From: Verrucomicrobiia bacterium
GTDB taxonomy: Bacteria; Verrucomicrobiota; Verrucomicrobiia; Limisphaerales; JADLHS01
NCBI GenBank assembly: GCA_023953615.1
Contig: JAMLJH010000001.1
Location: forward strand, 9,362 to 73,361
Direction of reading: 5' to 3'
DNA: 64,000 nucleotides
The position numbers were made by a program, and so were the translations under genes. Each line of letters begins with the position of its first letter. The stretch's first letter is position 1. Shown piece by piece: positions 29,397 through 35,386 of this stretch. Under the pieces are notes generated by a model, which saw nothing but the letters and a program-made list of their open reading frames with translations, did not search any database and had not been told where the DNA came from.

Positions 29397-30641
29397 ATGA
29401 AGACCGAACGCAAACCCCGTGCCCGCGCGAAGTCCAATCTGGCCGGCAAACCTCCGGCCCGGTCACTTCCCGCCGACACCAGAAAGCCTGACGTGAAATC
29501 ACGAGCGGTGTTGCTCGCGGTCATGGGCACCTCCCCGGCCATTCTCACCGAAACGGTCTGGGCCTTGGCCCAAGGCGATGACCGGCACCCGCCCGTCATT
29601 CCCGACGAAGTCGTCGCCATCACCACCTGCCAGGGACGGGACAAAATCAACGCGCAATTGCTCGCGTCGCCGCCGGACGGGAGCGGGCAAAGCATCTGGC
29701 AATCCCTCCGGCGGACGCTATTGGGCGCCGACGCGGTGGCGGAACCCCGGCTCACACTCCGGATCGAGGTCATCGCGCGCCCGGCCCCGCTGACCGGACA
29801 GCTCACGCTCCTGACGGATATTCTGACCCTCGAAGACAACCTGGCGGCGGCCGAATTCATTTTCCAACACGTCCGCGCCCATGTCAGTGCCGACGATACC
29901 CGACTCATCGCCTCGCTGGCAGGCGGGCGCAAAACCATGAGTTCCCTGCTCCACGCCACCTTCAGCCATCTGGCCCGACCGCAAGACCGCTTGACGCACA
30001 TTTTGGTGAACGAACCGTTTGATGGCGCCGTCCAGCCGCTATTTTTTTATCCCGGCCAACCCCAGCAGAAACTGACGGATCGAGGTGGAAAAGTGTGGAC
30101 TGCTCGGGACGCGCGGCTGCTGCTGGCCGACGTACCCTTTGCGCCCATGCGCCTGCGGTTTCCTGACATTGAGAAAATCCCCATGCGTTTCCACACGCTG
30201 CTGAAAACCTACTCGGAAACCTGGCAGCGCGACGCCACCGAACCCGCGCGCATCGAGCTGCACCACACGCCCCCACGCGTGGTGGTGGATGGTCTCAGCG
30301 TGGAACTCGAAAGCGAACGCCAACTCACCGTCATCCAGTTTCTGCTGCGGGCCAACCGAGAGAGATGGGTGCAAAAGAACCAGGACGAAGCGCTGGCTAT
30401 CTTCAAGGCCACGCATGGGTACCCACCGGAATCGGGCAACGTACCCCCGGCGTTAAAGGCCACCCTTGAGAAACTCTCCGCCGCAGGTCAAAAAAAGCCG
30501 GGTCCCGAATGGATCAAAAACGCAACCACGGACGACATCAAACGTCCATTGAGCTACTGGCGGCGCCTTCTCGAGAAAAAGGGCAGCCGCTGGGTGCCTC
30601 CCAAGCGTGACTTGCGCTTTCCTCCCTTCGAATTGGTGTAG
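29397..30641 (+). CDS. NE0113/TIGR02584-like CARF (CARF7-type) protein with ~185-aa C-terminal extension
   Basis: LLAVMGTSPAILTETVWAL, VVAITT and SLAGGRKTMS motifs. The C-terminus carries PRVVVDGLSVELESERQLTVIQFLLRAN (winged-helix-like pattern). Confidence 0.65.
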   Translation: MKTERKPRARAKSNLAGKPPARSLPADTRKPDVKSRAVLLAVMGTSPAILTETVWALAQGDDRHPPVIPDEVVAITTCQGRDKINAQLLASPPDGSGQSIWQSLRRTLLGADAVAEPRLTLRIEVIARPAPLTGQLTLLTDILTLEDNLAAAEFIFQHVRAHVSADDTRLIASLAGGRKTMSSLLHATFSHLARPQDRLTHILVNEPFDGAVQPLFFYPGQPQQKLTDRGGKVWTARDARLLLADVPFAPMRLRFPDIEKIPMRFHTLLKTYSETWQRDATEPARIELHHTPPRVVVDGLSVELESERQLTVIQFLLRANRERWVQKNQDEALAIFKATHGYPPESGNVPPALKATLEKLSAAGQKKPGPEWIKNATTDDIKRPLSYWRRLLEKKGSRWVPPKRDLRFPPFELV

Positions 30642-30715
30642 GTCCGCGAGCCACCGTCACTACGACGTCCCCGGACGTCCACCAGCGCGACAACTTTATC
30701 CCGGTCGTTTACTCT

Positions 30716-30934
30716 ATGCACATGAAAAAAATAGCTTTAAGCTCATTTTCGAACAACTGGCCGAACCGTATTGAAATCGTCCTGCGCATCAGCGTGCTGG
30801 TTCTTTTGATCACCATGCTGATCAAACTGATGCTTCTGCCAAGCCTAACCCTCATAATGAGTCTGGCGGTAATGACCATCCTCGCGTCCGCCGTTTCCGG
30901 CATCTTGCGTGAATTGCGGCGGTGGCGGTCCTGA
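30716..30934 (+). CDS. hypothetical 72-aa protein with two predicted TM helices, in a lower-GC patch
   Basis: Sequence MHMKKIALSS...IEIVLRISVLVLLITMLIKLMLL...LTLIMSLAVMTILASAVSGIL..RELRRWRS. No family was recognised, and it could be non-coding AT-rich DNA. Confidence 0.4.
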   Translation: MHMKKIALSSFSNNWPNRIEIVLRISVLVLLITMLIKLMLLPSLTLIMSLAVMTILASAVSGILRELRRWRS

Positions 30935-30947
30935 ACGGCTCCACCAC

Positions 30948-31994
30948 ATGCCCACGCTCATCCTCAACCAAGCCCGCTGTCGGGTCGCCTTGATTTCCGA
31001 ACGGCTCGAGATTCTCAGTCCGTCGCTGGGAGAGCCGGATGCCGAACCCGAGCGCCGCACCGTGTCGCTCCTGGATGTGGAACGGGTAGTGGCGGGGGAG
31101 AACACGCATTTCACTCCGGCAGCTTGGGCGGAAATGTTGCGACGCCAAATTCCCATTCAGTTGTTCGCCTGGAACGGTCGCTTCCTTGGTGGTTTTCTGC
31201 CTGCCCAAAACCAACACGGTCTCTCCCGTCTGCGACAGTACCAACGCACTACCGATCCCGCCTTTGCCTTGCAAATGGCCGGTCGGATTATCGCCGCCAA
31301 AATTTATAATCAACGCCGCGTGATCCAGCGACTTCGAGCCAATCGCACTTTGACACAATCCACACCGGCCACCCCGGCAAATTCGGACCCCGGTCAGGCG
31401 ACCCTCGCCTGGCTGGACACCAGCCTCGCACAAGCCGCCCGGGCTCGTTCCCTCGGGGAACTGCGCGGTCATGAAGGCGCGGCCACTGCCCGATATTTTC
31501 AAGCTTGGGCGGACTGCCTGCCTGCGGCGTTCCCTTTTGAACAACGCAGCACCCGTCCTCCCTTGAATCCGGTCAACGCCTGCATCTCCTTTGGTGCCAC
31601 CTTGCTTTATCACGAAGCCGTTGCTTTTATCCACGCACACGGGCTGGATCCCGCCCTTGGCCTCCTGCACGCCACCGAAAACGGACGCTGGTCACTCGCC
31701 TTGGACCTCATCGAACCCTTCCGTCCCGTTCTGGTGGAAGCGCTGGCGCTGGATCTGTTCAGCCATCAAATTCTGAACACCTCGCATTTCGATGCCCGCG
31801 ACGGTGGCTGCTACCTCAATGAAGCCGGCCGCAAGAAATTCTTCTTCCAATACGAACGCCGCATGGAACGGCAATTCCTCAGTGAATGCGTTGGCCACCG
31901 CACCACCCTGCGCCAACAACTCGAACATCAAGCCGTACAATTCAAAAGCGCCTTGGATCAACCCGAAAAATTTGAACCCTTCCTCATGAATTGA
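30948..31994 (+). CDS. cas1: CRISPR-associated endonuclease Cas1
   Basis: Motifs LRGHEGAATARYF, NPVNACISFGATLLYHE and GLLHATENGRWSLALDLIEPFRP. The likely start is MPTLILNQ at 30948 (track GTG 30909). Confidence 0.9.
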   Translation: MPTLILNQARCRVALISERLEILSPSLGEPDAEPERRTVSLLDVERVVAGENTHFTPAAWAEMLRRQIPIQLFAWNGRFLGGFLPAQNQHGLSRLRQYQRTTDPAFALQMAGRIIAAKIYNQRRVIQRLRANRTLTQSTPATPANSDPGQATLAWLDTSLAQAARARSLGELRGHEGAATARYFQAWADCLPAAFPFEQRSTRPPLNPVNACISFGATLLYHEAVAFIHAHGLDPALGLLHATENGRWSLALDLIEPFRPVLVEALALDLFSHQILNTSHFDARDGGCYLNEAGRKKFFFQYERRMERQFLSECVGHRTTLRQQLEHQAVQFKSALDQPEKFEPFLMN

Positions 31995-32025
31995 AACTCC
32001 ACCTCCAAACACAGATACCGGCTGC

Positions 32026-34137
32026 TGGTCCAACGCCCTCGATGCCGAAAGGCATTGGAGACATCGCTCTTGGTTATAGGTGCCGAAGCCAGCTTGCGAG
32101 GGGCAGAACGCCCTCGATGCCGAAAGGCATTGGAGACCGAAGATTTGGAAGCGCTTGTCTTTGCGGTTCAGGAAGGGGCAGAACGCCCTCGATGCCGAAA
32201 GGCATTGGAGACAAAGCTTTTGAGGGGTGAACCAAGTCCCGTTGATTACTGGGCAGAACGCCCTCGATGCCGAAAGGCATTGGAGACATTTGGTTAAGGC
32301 ATGGGACATGCTCGAAGAACGCAAGAGGGGCAGAACGCCCTCGATGCCGAAAGGCATTGGAGACTTCTTGAATTCCAACCCCAGGGCGATGCGGTCTAAG
32401 CCCGGGCAGAACGCCCTCGATGCCGAAAGGCATTGGAGACTTGCCTTTGGCGTTTGACGCCATGCGGGTGACAATCCAGGGGCAGAACGCCCTCGATGCC
32501 GAAAGGCATTGGAGACTTAAGATTTTCTCGACAGCCTCACGTAGAGGCTTGGGGGGGCAGAACGCCCTCGATGCCGAAAGGCATTGGAGACTCCCTCCAT
32601 CAGGACTTTATTGACAGCCTCACGTAGAGGGCAGAACGCCCTCGATGCCGAAAGGCATTGGAGACCAGTTCCGCCCGCACCTTGGCTATCGTCTTGTCGT
32701 CCAGGGCAGAACGCCCTCGATGCCGAAAGGCATTGGAGACAGAGACTTGGGCAATTCAACGTTCACCTTGCTAAAGGTGAGGGCAGAACGCCCTCGATGC
32801 CGAAAGGCATTGGAGACTCACCAGATCAAGCGCGTGTTCTTCCATTCGTAAGACGGGCAGAACGCCCTCGATGCCGAAAGGCATTGGAGACGCATTTTGT
32901 CGCGTAGTGCCTCCACATCGCTAGCCGCGTGGGCAGAACGCCCTCGATGCCGAAAGGCATTGGAGACAACCGTGTCCCCCGGGAAAGGAATCTCTTAGCC
33001 GGGCCAGGGGCAGAACGCCCTCGATGCCGAAAGGCATTGGAGACAAGCTCTTGGGTAGTTCAACATTCACCTTGTGAAAGGTTGGGCAGAACGCCCTCGA
33101 TGCCGAAAGGCATTGGAGACGTCTTTTCAATGGCGACCAGGTATTGTTTGCCCGAGATGGGGCAGAACGCCCTCGATGCCGAAAGGCATTGGAGACTTCG
33201 CTTGGTTTGTTTGTTAGTGGCAAGCTGCGAGCGAGGGCAGAACGCCCTCGATGCCGAAAGGCATTGGAGACCCCGCGCCGCTTCAATTTGCTCACGTCAA
33301 TATCACCCGGGGCAGAACGCCCTCGATGCCGAAAGGCATTGGAGACTTGCTCATTTCAGCAGGGCATTGATGCGCCGTAGTTCGGGGCAGAACGCCCTCG
33401 ATGCCGAAAGGCATTGGAGACAAAAGATTTGCGGTTTGCCGTTCACGTCCCGCATATTGCGGGCAGAACGCCCTCGATGCCGAAAGGCATTGGAGACCGC
33501 GCACTCAATTAGCGGGGTCATATTATCCTTTCGTGGGCAGAACGCCCTCGATGCCGAAAGGCATTGGAGACGTTTGAGCGCGACGTTTGAAGCCGTCGTT
33601 ACTCCCCACGGGCAGAACGCCCTCGATGCCGAAAGGCATTGGAGACCAGCGCCGCGTCCGCTTCCATCTGCGCCAAAACGCGCGGGGCAGAACGCCCTCG
33701 ATGCCGAAAGGCATTGGAGACTAAAACGTGCCGCCTCCCCAAGTTTCTTGTAGCCAACACGGGCAGAACGCCCTCGATGCCGAAAGGCATTGGAGACGAA
33801 CCCGTAAGAAACACCATGTTTAATAGACTGTATGCTTCGATGTTCCACGATTGTTTATCTTTTCTGACCAAGGGCAGAACGCCCTCGATGCCGAAAGGCA
33901 TTGGAGACTTCAGTTTCCCGCCGGGTAAGTTTTAGCAATTCGGATTTGGGCAGAACGCCCTCGATGCCGAAAGGCATTGGAGACATGTAGGCTTCGGTGC
34001 TCGCCAGCTTTTCCAAGATTTTGGGCAGAACGCCCTCGATGCCGAAAGGCATTGGAGACGGAAAGGCCCGTGTAGCGTCCCACCAGATCCAGGATCTCCG
34101 GGGCAGAACGCCCTCGATGCCGAAAGGCATTGGAGAC
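32026..34137 (+). CRISPR. CRISPR array with 28 repeats of 37 nt (GGGCAGAACGCCCTCGATGCCGAAAGGCATTGGAGAC) and 27 spacers (26 of 37-41 nt, one of 74 nt)
   Basis: Repeats were located by eye at 32026, 32101, 32176 ... 34101. The first repeat deviates at 4 of its first 6 nt; all others are identical. Plus orientation is inferred from the hairpin TGCC-GAAA-GGCA followed by an 8-nt TTGGAGAC tail. Confidence 0.97.
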
Positions 34138-34164
34138 CACCAGGCCCTCCTTTCTATCTCGTCA

Positions 34165-34410
34165 CCGCCTGAAGGCGGGACTACGAACCAAGTTGCCTTC
34201 GCTGCCTGAAGGCGGGACTACGAACCCAACGCATCCCCCCGCCTGAAGGCAGAACTACAAACGAAACACCTCCTCCGCCTAAAGGCGGGACTACGAACCA
34301 AGTTGCCCTCGCTGCCTGAAGGTGGAACTACAAACATTCCTGCTGCTCGTAGTCCTGCCTTTAGGCAGATTGAACTTTCTCTTGTTGTTCGTAGTCCCGG
34401 CTTCAGCCGG
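34165..34410. repeat. cluster of 7 REP-like hairpin units (CYGCCTGAAGGCRGGACTACGAAC): 5 direct with 36-37-nt period, 2 inverted
   Basis: Direct units are at 34165, 34202, 34239, 34275 and 34312. Inverted units are at 34346-34369 and 34387-34410. Each has a CCGCC-TGAA-GGCGG type stem-loop. Confidence 0.85.
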
Positions 34411-34521
34411 AATTACAACCATCCGGCCGGGCGGTTCCGCATTGCTTCCGTTCGCGTGAAATTCCACTATGTTCACGGTGGTAAAAGTGACCAGCGACAA
34501 ACTAAAAATCCGATAAACACC

Positions 34522-35379
34522 ATGAAAATAAAATTGATGACAACAACCCTGGCGGCAGCCATTGGTTTCAGCTTCGCTCCCGCGAGCTTTGCGCAAGCCC
34601 CGAAGGTGGATTTCCCGGCGCCCAGCCCGACGTCCACGCTGAAGCAGCGCGTCGGTCTGACGGACATTGAAATTGTATATTCGCGTCCGGGAGTAAAAGA
34701 TCGCGAAATTTTCGGCGGCCTCGTGCCTTACGGCAAGGTCTGGCGCACGGGCGCGAATAGCGCGACGCGGATTTCATTCAGCACGGATGTCAAATTGAAC
34801 GGACACGATGTGCCTGCGGGAGCGTACGAACTGTTCACCATTCCCGATGAAAATGAATGGACCATCATCATCAACAAGGGCACGGGGCAATGGGGCGCGT
34901 TTCAATATGACGAAAAACAGGATTTCCTGCGCTTCAAAGTCAAGCCACGGCAACGCGCGCGTTCCGTGGAAACATTCACCATCGGCATCAGCAACATCCG
35001 GGACGAATACGCCACCATCAGTCTGGCTTGGGATAAAACCAGCATTCCGATCAAATTCGAAGTGGATTTAACTTCCAAACTCGTTCCACAAATCGAGGCC
35101 GCCATGGCCGCGCCCGATGGCAAGAAACCTTACTTCCAAGCCGCGACGTTTTATTACAATCACGGGCTTGATTCACAAAAAGCCTTGAAGTGGGTTAATG
35201 CTGCCGTCGCCGAAAATGAAGCGCATTACATCGTGCATTTGAAGGCCAAGGTTCTGGCGCGTCTCGGTGACAAAGCGGACGCCATCGCCGCCGCGAAACG
35301 CTCGAAGGAACTGGCCATCGCCGCCAAGGACTTCGGCTTCGTCAAGCTGAACGATGATTTGATCGCCAGCCTGCAGTAA
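34522..35379 (+). CDS. DUF2911 domain protein with signal peptide and C-terminal TPR-like helical region
   Basis: Signal peptide MKIKLMTTTLAAAIGFSFAPASFAQ, plus GKVWRTGANSATRISF..VKLNGHDVPAGAYELFTIP..EWTIIINK. Confidence 0.75.
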   Translation: MKIKLMTTTLAAAIGFSFAPASFAQAPKVDFPAPSPTSTLKQRVGLTDIEIVYSRPGVKDREIFGGLVPYGKVWRTGANSATRISFSTDVKLNGHDVPAGAYELFTIPDENEWTIIINKGTGQWGAFQYDEKQDFLRFKVKPRQRARSVETFTIGISNIRDEYATISLAWDKTSIPIKFEVDLTSKLVPQIEAAMAAPDGKKPYFQAATFYYNHGLDSQKALKWVNAAVAENEAHYIVHLKAKVLARLGDKADAIAAAKRSKELAIAAKDFGFVKLNDDLIASLQ

Positions 35380-35386
35380 ACGCCTC

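Noticed and set aside
26695-30001. Minus-strand ORFs inside the cas genes (26695..27477, 27339..28262, 29339..30001)
   Set aside because: They overlap well-supported plus-strand cas and accessory genes and show junk-like composition.
33824-33860. A hidden degenerate repeat inside the 74-nt spacer (shared TCGATG and ATTG)
   Set aside because: The best alignment gives only about half identity. It would leave flanking spacers of about 26 and 12 nt, inconsistent with the 37-41-nt spacers of the array.
31692-34140. Many 60-270-aa ORFs on both strands across 31.7-34.1 kb with recurring peptides (GRTPSMPKGIGD, QNALDAERHWR, AERPRCRKALET, LQCLSASRAFCP)
   Set aside because: They are translations of the 37-nt CRISPR repeat in different frames, not genes.
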